This document shows, piece by piece, positions 40,388 to 49,753 of a stretch of DNA of 64,000 nt. Location of the stretch: NCBI GenBank assembly GCA_963718615.1, contig OY970368.1, positions 2,752,001 to 2,816,000 on the forward strand, given 5' to 3'. How positions within the stretch are numbered: position 1 is the stretch's first letter; each line of letters opens with the position of its first letter. The translations under genes were made by a program, and so were the position numbers. The notes beneath the pieces are model-generated. The model did not search any database. It was not told where the DNA came from and saw nothing but the letters and a program-made list of their open reading frames with translations. This stretch comes from an uncultured cyanobacterium. GTDB lineage: Bacteria; Cyanobacteriota; Cyanobacteriia; PCC-9006; JAAUQQ01.

Positions 40388-42855
40388 GACTGCTCCTCCG
40401 CATCGCCCATGGGAGCCGATAAGGGGCGAGGATCGGGCAAAGGCTCACCGTCAGGTGGCGTTACTCGACCCAGATAGGTTTGCAACAAACCGTAGCCAAA
40501 GGCTCCCGCCAGGAAAAACCCTGGAATGACAAACACCCAACGTCCGGCCATTGCTCGCCAAATCCGTTCTTTTTTAGGAACTTCGCTAATGCGTTTTGTT
40601 TCAGGAGCACGAGTCAGAAATTCCAGACTATAGTCACGGGGATCGTAGGGAGAGGGGGAATCAACCCGAGTGCCGATCAAGGCTGTATCCTGTTGAAGTT
40701 GAAAAAACAGTCCGTCTCGGCTGATCACGTCACGTACTAAATGGAGTCCAGGTAAGGTCTGGGCGCTTAGCATTAAGAGGACATGCTCTGGATTCCAAGG
40801 CGATAGAATCTCACGAATCATGCCCTCCTGATCGGGTAATGTGCGAATTTGGCTCTCGTTTCGGCGACGACCCCAAAATTTCATTAGGCTAAATCCCTCC
40901 GTTTCTAGGGCTTCGGGGAGGGGGAAACGAGCCTGGGTACCAATGGCAATGAGGTGATGATCAGTCTGGATTTCTGGGGATAACAATTCCTTGCGATAGA
41001 CCTTCAGTTGAACAGACTCCGCACGACTCAATCGACCCAATCGCTCAGCGACTTCCAACAGCAATAGGATTTCTTCATCTTCGGGTTTATCAGGGACAAT
41101 CACAGCAGTTTTGGATAAATCCTGGGGGGCAGCAAAGGGATAGCCCACCTGAAAACGCCGCAAATCGGGTAAATCAACACCAGCCTCACGATGGAGATCA
41201 AATTGGCTATCCGCGTGGATCGTGCCCCACAATTGCTGATCTACCGCTCGATTGCAAGAGCGACGTTCGCGGGGATCAAGTTGAAACAGCACCTGAAGCT
41301 TCGCGTTTGAATGCAATTTATCTTCCGGTAGCTCCACTTTAAGCCGCTCCCCCCGACGTCCTTGGGCAGAATCCAGCCGTTGCCCGATCAATGGCAGACC
41401 ATCCAGCCGCACCTCCAATAAAGAGGTTAAGGGATTGACTTGAGGACCATAGCTGTAGTCAAGATAAAGCACATTGCCCGGTAAAAAGCGATCGTCCGGC
41501 AACGCTCGAAAGTTGTATTCCACCAAAGGCGCTTCTGCTCCCCGCACCGTGACATCTTGATAGGGACGATCGAGAAAGTCATTCAGATCCTTGAGTTCAA
41601 ATTGATTGCGATCGGGCACATATCCCGGCCACTGGCGAGACTCAGGGGTAGGAATCGGAGTTACACTATCGACTAAAATAGTTTGTCCGGTGGCGATCGC
41701 GCGATCGCGATCCTGCACCAAAAACTGAACCGCTTTCTCAACCCCAGCTTTGGCCTGTCCGGTGGCAATCAATACAGGGATATCCGTGACAGTTGTCCCC
41801 ATCATCAAGAGACCTTGGTTACTTCCCAGGCTTCTGCCTTGCTCATCCTTAAGCGCTTTTCCTGGTTGGATCAATAGGGGCAGTTTGAGTTTTGAAAAGT
41901 CTGAATATTGTTTAGATTCACCCAGAATAATCAACCGTTCAGCGGGCTTGAGCTCGTCTACGGAACGCACCAGCCGCGTTTCCAACGGACGGTAGCGGGC
42001 CATTCTGCCGAGACTCGCCTGGAGTCGAGCCACAGCGGTTAACCAGGTTTCATCAATAGTTTTAGGAACCAGATAGGCAATTTGGTTGGGATCTAAACTG
42101 AGTTCATCGAAAAAGGGATAGGGATAGCGGCTGAAATCCAGGGCTAGGGGTTGGGGTGCAAAACTAAAGACTAACTTTGAATCGGGCATGACCTCCGTCC
42201 ACAGAGATGGGTCAAAGGGATCCTGGGTACAAGTCGGTGAATTGTTTTGTAAGGCCGCAATCACGACTTCGTTATAGTCCTGTAAAAGATGGGTCGGAAC
42301 GTTATAAATGGCCGTATGAATTTCGTTTTCCCGGTTATTGAGGGGAACACTACCGACGCTGGTGCCATTGATTAAAACCGTGAGGTTAGAACGGGTGGCA
42401 TAGAGAGCAGGGGAATGGCGAAATCGAACCAGAACTTTGGCCGTTTTGACTGACCAGTTACGAGGTCGAGTAAACCGCAGACGGGACTCGTCGTAGATAC
42501 TGCGGAGTTGTAGACGTGTCCCAACAATGGGGCTGCGATTAAATTCAAGAATATATTCCCCTGCGGAGAGCGACTGGGGCGGGGCAACCTGGGGAGGCAG
42601 TGGCGGTAAATCTGGCACCGTAGTGCTTTCCGAAGATCTAGAATCTGCGGGTCGTAAAGCCGCATTGGGAGGCGCATCCAGGGGCGAGGGGACGGCAGTG
42701 TTGGGAGCAGTGTTGGAGGTTTCTTGGGCAAGGCCGGATGGGGTAAGGGTTGCGATCGCTAAGCCACAGGCAAGGAGCACAGGTCGCCAACCCATAGCTC
42801 GCCAACTCAGAGCTCGCCAATTAGGCGTAAGGGGATATATCAGTTTGAATCTCAC
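40384..42855 (-). CDS. bcsB: Cellulose synthase periplasmic subunit BcsB
   Basis: Signal peptide, SNLTVLINGTSVGSVPL, LPDL..F..GYPF, C-terminal TM helix. Overlaps the bcsA start by 4 bp. Confidence 0.85.
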   Translation of the reverse strand: MRFKLIYPLTPNWRALSWRAMGWRPVLLACGLAIATLTPSGLAQETSNTAPNTAVPSPLDAPPNAALRPADSRSSESTTVPDLPPLPPQVAPPQSLSAGEYILEFNRSPIVGTRLQLRSIYDESRLRFTRPRNWSVKTAKVLVRFRHSPALYATRSNLTVLINGTSVGSVPLNNRENEIHTAIYNVPTHLLQDYNEVVIAALQNNSPTCTQDPFDPSLWTEVMPDSKLVFSFAPQPLALDFSRYPYPFFDELSLDPNQIAYLVPKTIDETWLTAVARLQASLGRMARYRPLETRLVRSVDELKPAERLIILGESKQYSDFSKLKLPLLIQPGKALKDEQGRSLGSNQGLLMMGTTVTDIPVLIATGQAKAGVEKAVQFLVQDRDRAIATGQTILVDSVTPIPTPESRQWPGYVPDRNQFELKDLNDFLDRPYQDVTVRGAEAPLVEYNFRALPDDRFLPGNVLYLDYSYGPQVNPLTSLLEVRLDGLPLIGQRLDSAQGRRGERLKVELPEDKLHSNAKLQVLFQLDPRERRSCNRAVDQQLWGTIHADSQFDLHREAGVDLPDLRRFQVGYPFAAPQDLSKTAVIVPDKPEDEEILLLLEVAERLGRLSRAESVQLKVYRKELLSPEIQTDHHLIAIGTQARFPLPEALETEGFSLMKFWGRRRNESQIRTLPDQEGMIREILSPWNPEHVLLMLSAQTLPGLHLVRDVISRDGLFFQLQQDTALIGTRVDSPSPYDPRDYSLEFLTRAPETKRISEVPKKERIWRAMAGRWVFVIPGFFLAGAFGYGLLQTYLGRVTPPDGEPLPDPRPLSAPMGDAEEQS

Positions 42856-42925
42856 TGAAGCACCACGAATAAACTTGTAAATCTATCGAAGTCAATCTAT
42901 CGAACGCAATTCAGCTCAATTCAGC

Positions 42926-44527
42926 TCAATAACGTTCCCAACGGGGTTGAAACCCCCTTCGCCTCAAAAAGGCGCGGCGAATTTGACGACGCTGTAACCG
43001 GATATCCGCAGAGTCAGTTAAGGATTCTGACTGGGTGAGGAGTTGGAGGGCTTGCTTGGGCTGATCCTGAGCGAGGCGCAGCCCCGCAAAGATTTGATAG
43101 GTTTCTGGATCGGTCGGATTCAGCGCTAGAAGCTGTTGATAAAGCAACGATGCTTCCCCATAGCGTTCCTGCTCAAATCGAACTCCCGCCAGTCCCCGTA
43201 GGGCATCTTGCTGTTGTGCCGGTTCGAGGGGTTGGCCGAGCAACGCCTCATAGCGCTGTCCACTCTGATCCCAGCGCCCTTCCTGACGTTCCATCTCAGC
43301 CTGTAAAAAGGCGACGCCGATAGCGTTCCGATCCGGTTCTGCGGTTTGGTAAGTTGCCAGACTCTGACGAGCAGCAGTCCAGTCCCCTTGGGCCATGTGG
43401 ATTTGGGCGATGCGAAAATGCAAAAACGAGGCTGGAGGGACAGACTCCGCCAAGGATTCATAGAGCGGTAACAGCCCTGGATCGGGCAGATCGAGGGGGA
43501 TCAGAGCGAGGGCGATCGCCCGTCGCTCTTCTCGGGATTGGGGCAAACTGCCAAGCTGGGACTGGAGTTGCTGGACCACATCTGCGCCATTGGACTGCCC
43601 GAGACGATAGGCTATGGTCGTGATCTTGAGATTAAGGGCGAGGGGCGTTGAATCTTGGTCTGACTGGAGTCGCCGATAAAGTTCCAAGGCCGCGTCGAGA
43701 TCCCCATTAGCTTCGTAGGATCGAGCCAAGGTTGAAACCCAATTCCGCTCTAAGGGATCAAGTATCGACGCTGAAGCCAGGACCGTGGGCAGGCGGGGGG
43801 TTAGAAGCGCGATCGCCTGATCATGCTGTCCCACAGACTGAAGCGCTTGGGCATAGGCAAGGGCTTCCGGCGGAGCCAGCTCAAATTGCGAATCGGCCAG
43901 CAAAATCTCGTAATCGGCAATTGATGCAGCCCATTGCTGTTGGTAACTCAGCAATCTTGCCCGCTGGGAGCGCGCCCCGCTGTCCTGGGGATAACGGTTT
44001 AGCACCTGGGTGAGGGCTGCAATGCCTGCATTGTGCCAGCTCGGTTGATAGGCCCCTAGGATGCCACGGGCTCGCAGCGCGGCTTCTTGGTCTGGCTGCA
44101 GATTCAGCACCTGTCCATAGGCTTGCCAAGCCTTTTCATCCTGTCCGGCCTTTTGATAGGCCATGGCTAAACCGAGCTGGGCTTCTAGGGATGTGGGATC
44201 AGTCTGAAGAACCGCTTCAAAAGCGCTAATGGAGGCGTCAATCCAGCCTTTTTCATAAAAGCCATAGGCTTCCGTTAAGGAGGCCGACTGCGCCAAGACT
44301 GACCGTCCTGTTCCCAAAGCCACCAATAAGCCCAAGATCACGCCTAAAATCCGGAGGTCTTTTCGACATGACCCTCCTAAGAATCCTCCTAGAACCTGCA
44401 CAGATTTAGGCTGTCTTTTCCTTTGAATAGTAGTATAACTGCGATGTAACTGTTGAATTTGATTCACCCTGATCATCCTTTTCAATGCTGAGTCTAATGG
44501 TCGACTAAAGTTGATTAAAAATATCAA
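42926..44527 (-). CDS. Exported TPR protein, BcsC-TPR-like (start uncertain)
   Basis: Signal-like segment ending VLA-Q, TPR helices throughout, C-terminal RRRGFQPRWERY. Confidence 0.8.
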   Translation of the reverse strand: MIFLINFSRPLDSALKRMIRVNQIQQLHRSYTTIQRKRQPKSVQVLGGFLGGSCRKDLRILGVILGLLVALGTGRSVLAQSASLTEAYGFYEKGWIDASISAFEAVLQTDPTSLEAQLGLAMAYQKAGQDEKAWQAYGQVLNLQPDQEAALRARGILGAYQPSWHNAGIAALTQVLNRYPQDSGARSQRARLLSYQQQWAASIADYEILLADSQFELAPPEALAYAQALQSVGQHDQAIALLTPRLPTVLASASILDPLERNWVSTLARSYEANGDLDAALELYRRLQSDQDSTPLALNLKITTIAYRLGQSNGADVVQQLQSQLGSLPQSREERRAIALALIPLDLPDPGLLPLYESLAESVPPASFLHFRIAQIHMAQGDWTAARQSLATYQTAEPDRNAIGVAFLQAEMERQEGRWDQSGQRYEALLGQPLEPAQQQDALRGLAGVRFEQERYGEASLLYQQLLALNPTDPETYQIFAGLRLAQDQPKQALQLLTQSESLTDSADIRLQRRQIRRAFLRRRGFQPRWERY

Positions 44528-45745
44528 TTAAAATGTGGCCTTAACCCTTGCCCCTAAAACTGTTTCTGTAAATTCATCCCGCTCTTGAATGGAAACCGCT
44601 GCCCGCCAATGAGTTGAAAGGCGAACATCGTAAAACGCTTCCAGCACATCGGGCCGAGCCTCTCCCCTGGCTTGACGCAGATCATCTTGAGATAACTGGC
44701 GACCATAACCAATTCCGAGGCGATCGCCCGCTCGCCACAGATCCAAGACATTCAGCCCAAGGCTATAGGTATTCCCGCCTTCCCCTAAATCCACATTGCG
44801 GTAATATCCATAGCGGCCAAAAAGCCCTAAACGAGTTTGGGGAATAAAAAGCTCTGCATTGAGCCCATAGGACACCTCTCGATCATCGGGCTTGATCCCA
44901 AAGCGTTCCCCGCGTTTAAACTGAAAAATCTCGTCAAAACCACTGTTTTGTCCAGCGTCGCGACCCGCCACATAGGTCCCCCGCACAATGACCTGATTCC
45001 AACGGGCACCCACTTCTCCAGCAACTGCATCTAAGGCCAAATCTCCCCATTCTCGACTTGACGAGAAGGCGGCTCCTTTGAGCTCCAAACTATCCATTGG
45101 ACTCCAGTTCACCAAAAGTCCTGGACGAGAGGCAAGACTTGCTGAACTAAGGACGGGATTGGTCTGAAAAACCTCATTAAAAAAGTGGCTGGCTCGATCT
45201 TTAGCAAAACTATTGCGATCGAAATAGGAGGTCAAATCGATCAATCCCACAACGATGCGCAATTCTGGGATCGACGCTGGGGCAAAGGCTGCATAGAGCT
45301 CATTCACCTGGAGACTGAGCCGATCGGCCTGCCCAAAAGCCTCACCCCCCGCCAAGTCTACCTCGGCTCCTGTGAGCCACTGATCACTTAGCGGATACAA
45401 CAGCGTTGCCCGCAAGCGAGCGGAGGTATCCTCTCCTTCCTGCAAGACGACGCCCTGGAAGCGGGTTTCCAGACGATTTTCAAGGGTCGCCTCCAGATTT
45501 TCTGGAGTCGGCGGCAAGGTCTCTAATGCTGTGACCTCATCCGATACCCTATCTGCGATCGTTTCTATCACTGTTTCTGTGACCACTTCCGCAACTGTTG
45601 CTGGAGCGATCTGAGCGATCGCCGCACATTCAGTTGCTACCACACCCAAAATTGCCGCTAGAAAATAGACTCCAGCGATTTCAACCCTGAAGAATGAAAA
45701 ATTCACAATGCCCCCGAGACAGACCGGCAGCATAGCCCATGGCAA
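44528..45745 (-). CDS. Outer-membrane beta-barrel/porin, carbohydrate-porin-like (start uncertain)
   Basis: Signal-like segment ending AIA-Q, amphipathic beta-strands, YFDRNSFAKD, GLFGRYG, EAFYD, and a terminal Phe beta-signal (GARVKATF). Confidence 0.75.
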   Translation of the reverse strand: MPWAMLPVCLGGIVNFSFFRVEIAGVYFLAAILGVVATECAAIAQIAPATVAEVVTETVIETIADRVSDEVTALETLPPTPENLEATLENRLETRFQGVVLQEGEDTSARLRATLLYPLSDQWLTGAEVDLAGGEAFGQADRLSLQVNELYAAFAPASIPELRIVVGLIDLTSYFDRNSFAKDRASHFFNEVFQTNPVLSSASLASRPGLLVNWSPMDSLELKGAAFSSSREWGDLALDAVAGEVGARWNQVIVRGTYVAGRDAGQNSGFDEIFQFKRGERFGIKPDDREVSYGLNAELFIPQTRLGLFGRYGYYRNVDLGEGGNTYSLGLNVLDLWRAGDRLGIGYGRQLSQDDLRQARGEARPDVLEAFYDVRLSTHWRAAVSIQERDEFTETVLGARVKATF

Positions 45746-46057
45746 CCGGTAAAAACGGCCAAGCGCTTTTGTCGATTAACCCTGATCTTTGCTAAGCAAA
45801 AACGCGGAACTACACCAAAACGGATCTTAAAAATACCCGAAAAAACACGTACACCTAGCGCTGGTTCGTCAGGGTTTCAGTGTTTTCTCTCTAAGCCTAA
45901 TTATGTAGAGCAGCGGACAACATATTTTGTTATCGTCGAGACATTTTTGAGAATTCCTGCAAAACTCTCAAAGACTTAATGTTTCTTCAAACAGTTGTCA
46001 GTGCTGACTTATTGCTTCTAGGGCAATTGAAAGTCGTTGATCTTAACTTGTCTTTTG

Positions 46058-46933
46058 TCAAGGCTCTGCAACAACAACGCCCCAAAATAAATCCTCATAT
46101 TCCCGCTCGGGAGCTTCAATTCTGTAACGCTGGGACCAAGAACAGACTTCGAAGCTGAGGCGGCGGTTGCTGCGAAAACTCCAGGGGATTTTTGCTCCCT
46201 CAACAGTAAGCCCTCCGAGAAAGACAATCCAGTGATTGGGAACTGTAACGGGCATGGGAGCCTTTTGCAGTAACCCCTCTGCCGTAATCAGCAGAAACGC
46301 CACGCCCCCCCGTCGCAGCGATCGCTCGGCCCAGCGCATCGCACTCACATCTCCAAACATAAAGGCATGGCGATAGCGCACCTGGCGATAGCCCAAAACT
46401 TCCTTGGCCCAGCCAATCATCTCCCAGGATTTGGTCATTCCACTCAGTTGCTGAATAAACTCAGGAGCGTTGGGATCAATTTGAAAAATGCTATTTTCCG
46501 CATCTCGCAAGGTTGCCAGAATGAGCCAATCTGCCTCTGCCGTCCGTAAATTGCCCTGGCTGTTGCGGAGGCGCTCGGTGGCCGCAACGGTTTTTCGTTG
46601 GGTTGTAAAAAAACCTTGTTCATAGAGGGCTTGGGCAATTTCAATGTAGCGCAGGGGCTGTTTGCGGATGAGCTCAAACAGAATCGCCGTGGGACCACAA
46701 AAGGGCTGTTGACCCTGGCTGACGCAAAAGGGATTTTGGAGGCGATCGCGCATCTGTTGCAGCACTTTACCCTTGTCCAGGTGAGGCCACAGGCTGGGGC
46801 GATCGGACTGCGAAAAGCGCATCAGGGCCTGTTCAACGGTGGGGGAGAGGGGTTGGCGATCGCTCGCTTGCGGAGGAATCGCTGTGCCGTAGAGCGTTTG
46901 TCCGAAGTTGAGCCGCTGATGGTCAGTCCGCAT
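46058..46933 (-). CDS. Hypothetical protein with papain-like cysteine peptidase motifs
   Basis: QGQQPFCGP (oxyanion Gln and catalytic Cys), NHWIV (His) and a downstream CSW. Confidence 0.6.
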   Translation of the reverse strand: MRTDHQRLNFGQTLYGTAIPPQASDRQPLSPTVEQALMRFSQSDRPSLWPHLDKGKVLQQMRDRLQNPFCVSQGQQPFCGPTAILFELIRKQPLRYIEIAQALYEQGFFTTQRKTVAATERLRNSQGNLRTAEADWLILATLRDAENSIFQIDPNAPEFIQQLSGMTKSWEMIGWAKEVLGYRQVRYRHAFMFGDVSAMRWAERSLRRGGVAFLLITAEGLLQKAPMPVTVPNHWIVFLGGLTVEGAKIPWSFRSNRRLSFEVCSWSQRYRIEAPEREYEDLFWGVVVAEP

Positions 46934-47080
46934 AAAGTCCCGATGATGATTGTTCTAGAATTAACAAGACCTCTGATTGCTACTTTAATCGACGGCTGGA
47001 TGCATCGGCAGGGGTGGTCTATGCTCCCTAGGCCCACGCAAACACCCTCCCAACCTTTCTTCAACGCGTTACTCAAACCT

Positions 47081-48022
47081 ATGTCCGTGCCAAATGCCGC
47101 GCCCCCTGTAAAACCCTTGACGATCGCCCTGGTAGGGGATATTCACGACCAGTGGCAGGAGGCAGATGCCACGGCGCTCAAGGGCTTGAGGGTGGACCTC
47201 GTGCTGTTTGTCGGGGATTTTGGCAATGAATCCGTTGACGTGGTGCGGCAGGTTGCGGCGTTGGATTTGCCCAAGGCCGCAGTGTTTGGCAATCACGATG
47301 CCTGGTACACGGCTACACCCTGGGGCCAGCGCAAACGCCCCTACAATCCGGCAGAGGAAGACCGCTTTCAGGAGCAGCTCAATCTGTTGGCGTCAGTTCA
47401 TGTGGGCTATGGCCGCTGTGATTTTCCGGCCCTGAATCTGAGCGTTGTGGGGAGTCGCCCCTTTAGCTGGGGAGGACCGGAATGGAAAACCAAAACCTTT
47501 TATCGCGATCGCTTTAAGGTAGAAAGCTTTGAGCAATCCACAGCTCGCATCGTCGCAGCGGCTCAAGCCTCTCCCTATTCAACAATTCTAATGATTGGCC
47601 ACAATGGACCCACTGGATTGGGCGCGCAGCCGGAGGATCTATGCGGTAAGGATTGGCACCCCGTTGGGGGGGATTATGGGGATCCGGATTTTGCGGCGGC
47701 GATCGCCCAGCTCAAAACCCAGGGCAAACACATTCCCCTGGTGGGATTTGGCCACATGCACCACGACCTGCGCCATCGCAAGGACCGGCTCCGAACCCCT
47801 ACACAATTTCAAGACCAGACTCTCTATCTTAATGCCGCTCGCTGTCCTCGCATCCAGCAGTTTGAGGGACAATCCCTGCGCAATTTTTCCCTCGTTACGC
47901 TCGTGGGCGGGCAGGTCCATGAGGCTTGCTTGGTTTGGGTGAATGCTGTAGGGCAGGTTCTGTCCCAAGAAAAGCTCTTTTATCAACCGCCCTTGACTGT
48001 GGCGATCGCGAATGTTGACTGA
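47081..48022 (+). CDS. Calcineurin-like metallophosphoesterase (TIGR04168-like)
   Basis: GDIHDQW, VGDFGNE, GNHD, GHNGP, FGHMH. ATG 47081 avoids overlap with the divergent gene. Confidence 0.88.
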   Translation: MSVPNAAPPVKPLTIALVGDIHDQWQEADATALKGLRVDLVLFVGDFGNESVDVVRQVAALDLPKAAVFGNHDAWYTATPWGQRKRPYNPAEEDRFQEQLNLLASVHVGYGRCDFPALNLSVVGSRPFSWGGPEWKTKTFYRDRFKVESFEQSTARIVAAAQASPYSTILMIGHNGPTGLGAQPEDLCGKDWHPVGGDYGDPDFAAAIAQLKTQGKHIPLVGFGHMHHDLRHRKDRLRTPTQFQDQTLYLNAARCPRIQQFEGQSLRNFSLVTLVGGQVHEACLVWVNAVGQVLSQEKLFYQPPLTVAIANVD

Positions 48023-48101
48023 GGGGTGGACTGATTTGCGGATTTTTGCCTCAGGGCTTGACGAACTCCCCCTGCTCACGGCATGATAGTTTACGCGATA
48101 A

Positions 48102-48174
48102 GGGGCTATAGCTCAGTTGGTAGAGTACCTGCATGGCATGCAGGGTGTCACCGGTTCGAGTCCGGTTAGCTCCA
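48102..48174 (+). tRNA. tRNA-Ala(GGC)
   Basis: GGGGCTA acceptor stem, D-arm TAGCTCAGTTGGTAGAG, anticodon arm CCTGC-ATGGCAT-GCAGG, T-arm GGTTCGAGTCC. CCA is not encoded. Confidence 0.97.
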
Positions 48175-48346
48175 TTTAAATATTCTTCGTCTCCGCCTTA
48201 GAGTGGTCCCGACAGAGCAAGAAGTATCGAAGTGATGCGATATCGTCATCACCAACTGCTGCGACTTCGAGCTGCGCGAGCGGATGCAAGTTGAGGCACG
48301 ATTTGAGGCAGTGATTGCCGCAGCGGCGGCGCAGGAGGAATAACCG

Positions 48347-48574
48347 ATGCTAAAAAGCTATGAAGCAATCTATGAGAATGGTCAGGTCAAATGGCTTTCT
48401 GAAGAACCGGCGGTTCGCTCGGCTCGCATTATTGTGACGATTTTGGAGGTTACAACTCCAGCCGAGCCGATTCGGCGTCGGTTTCCGCCTGCTTCTATTG
48501 CGGGAAAGGGCCAAACGTTAGGGGATATCGTTAGCCCTATCGTGGATGAGGGGGATTGGGAATGTCTGAAGTGA
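48347..48574 (+). CDS. Putative antitoxin (DUF104/AF2212-like)
   Basis: MLKSYEAIYENGQVKW N-terminus and DIVSP...W tail; overlaps the PIN toxin gene. Confidence 0.75.
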   Translation: MLKSYEAIYENGQVKWLSEEPAVRSARIIVTILEVTTPAEPIRRRFPPASIAGKGQTLGDIVSPIVDEGDWECLK

Positions 48575-48963
48575 TCGTTCTTGATACGCATATTTGGTTT
48601 TGGCTGATGACGCAGGAGTTGGAGCGTTTTCCTGCATCGTGGCAGGCGGAAATTGATCGGGCTGAGGTGGTGGGAGTTTCGCCAATTTCTTGTTATGAAA
48701 TTGCGCTGGCGAATCAACGGGGAAGGCTCGAATTGCCCTGCGTGGTGGATGAGTGGTTTGATTCTGCATTGGAGCCTGCAGGGATTGAGCTGTTGCCGTT
48801 GACGGCGGAGATTGCGGCTCGGGCTGTGGCTTTGTCGCCGGTGCATCGGGATCCGTTTGACCGGATGATTATTGCGACGGCGTTGGATTGTAGCGGTCGG
48901 TTGGCGAGTGTGGATGGGGTGTTTTCGCAGTATGACGATCTGAATTTGGGTAGTCCTATTTAG
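48562..48963 (+). CDS. vapC: PIN-domain VapC toxin (last codons derive from the adjacent MITE)
   Basis: IVLDTHIWFW, SPISCYEI, HRDPFDRMIIATA, LASVD. Confidence 0.9.
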   Translation: MSEVIVLDTHIWFWLMTQELERFPASWQAEIDRAEVVGVSPISCYEIALANQRGRLELPCVVDEWFDSALEPAGIELLPLTAEIAARAVALSPVHRDPFDRMIIATALDCSGRLASVDGVFSQYDDLNLGSPI

Positions 48964-49201
48964 GTAAGGATAGCCACAACCCCTTTCACGCAGAGCTTTA
49001 AGCGCTTAGAGTGAACTTTATAGACCTGAAGTATCCTGGATTTTCTCACGGTTTTACAGCCACAAAGCCAAGATATTCACGAAAGAATAGGTACTCTGGG
49101 CCATCTCATTGGCAGATACTTATCCTCTTCCACAAGGTAAGAAATTGTTGAAATTGATGCTGGTAGAGAGTTTCAGCCATCCTTACCTTTGGAGTACTAC
49201 C
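48949..49201. mobile_element. MITE, 253 bp, with IS1-like ends, related to the element at 16058
   Basis: GGTAGTCCTATTTAGGTAAGGATAGC ... GCCATCCTTACCTTTGGAGTACTACC. The first 13 bp are identical to those of the 16058 element. No target duplication. Confidence 0.7.
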
Positions 49202-49311
49202 CGACCCTCGCCCACATCAAATACATTGAAGGCGACTTGAACAGGTCGGCCTTCTGCGCCGCGTTGTTTTGAATGGTCACGCCTCATTTCACTGAAGCTT
49301 GGTATGTGGGA

Positions 49312-49752
49312 TTAGGTATCTCGATCGCAGTTGTCTTGAACTCTCCCATTGATTAGGCGATCGCGGTAGATCTCAATGTAGCGCTGGGCTTGGAGTTCGA
49401 GGGGATATTCGGCTAGGGCCACAGCCCGACAATTTTGCCCCAGTTGTTCCCGTAACGCTGTGTCGGTTAATAACAGCACAATCCCCTGGCAGAAGTCTTT
49501 GGCATCTTCGGGGGCAGCGAGATAGCCGGTTTTTCCAGGGCGGACTAGGTCAGGGACACCGCCAATATTAAAAGACACCATGGGAGTACCGCAGGCCATA
49601 CTTTCTTGAAGAACTAAGGGCAGGTTGTCGGCGCGGGTGGGAAAGAGGAAGAGGTCGGCGGCGGAGTAAGCGATGGATTTGAGGCGATCGCTACTCACAT
49701 ACCCCAGTTCAAGACTCGGCATCCCAATTTCCCGAGCAGCGACTTTTCCTGC
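49312..49752 (-). pseudogene. C-terminal half of a GT4 glycosyltransferase
   Basis: YSAADLFLFPTRADNLPLVLQESMACGTP is present, but the N-terminal Rossmann domain is absent. Confidence 0.8.
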
Positions 49753-49753
49753 C

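Noticed and set aside
46598-47080. N-terminal extension of the 474-aa ORF
   Set aside because: Overlaps the divergent 46058-46933 gene. Phosphoesterase motifs start only after ATG 47081.
48102-48174. tRNA-Ala as the att site of an intact integrated element
   Set aside because: No integrase gene and no duplicated tRNA 3' end were found in the window.
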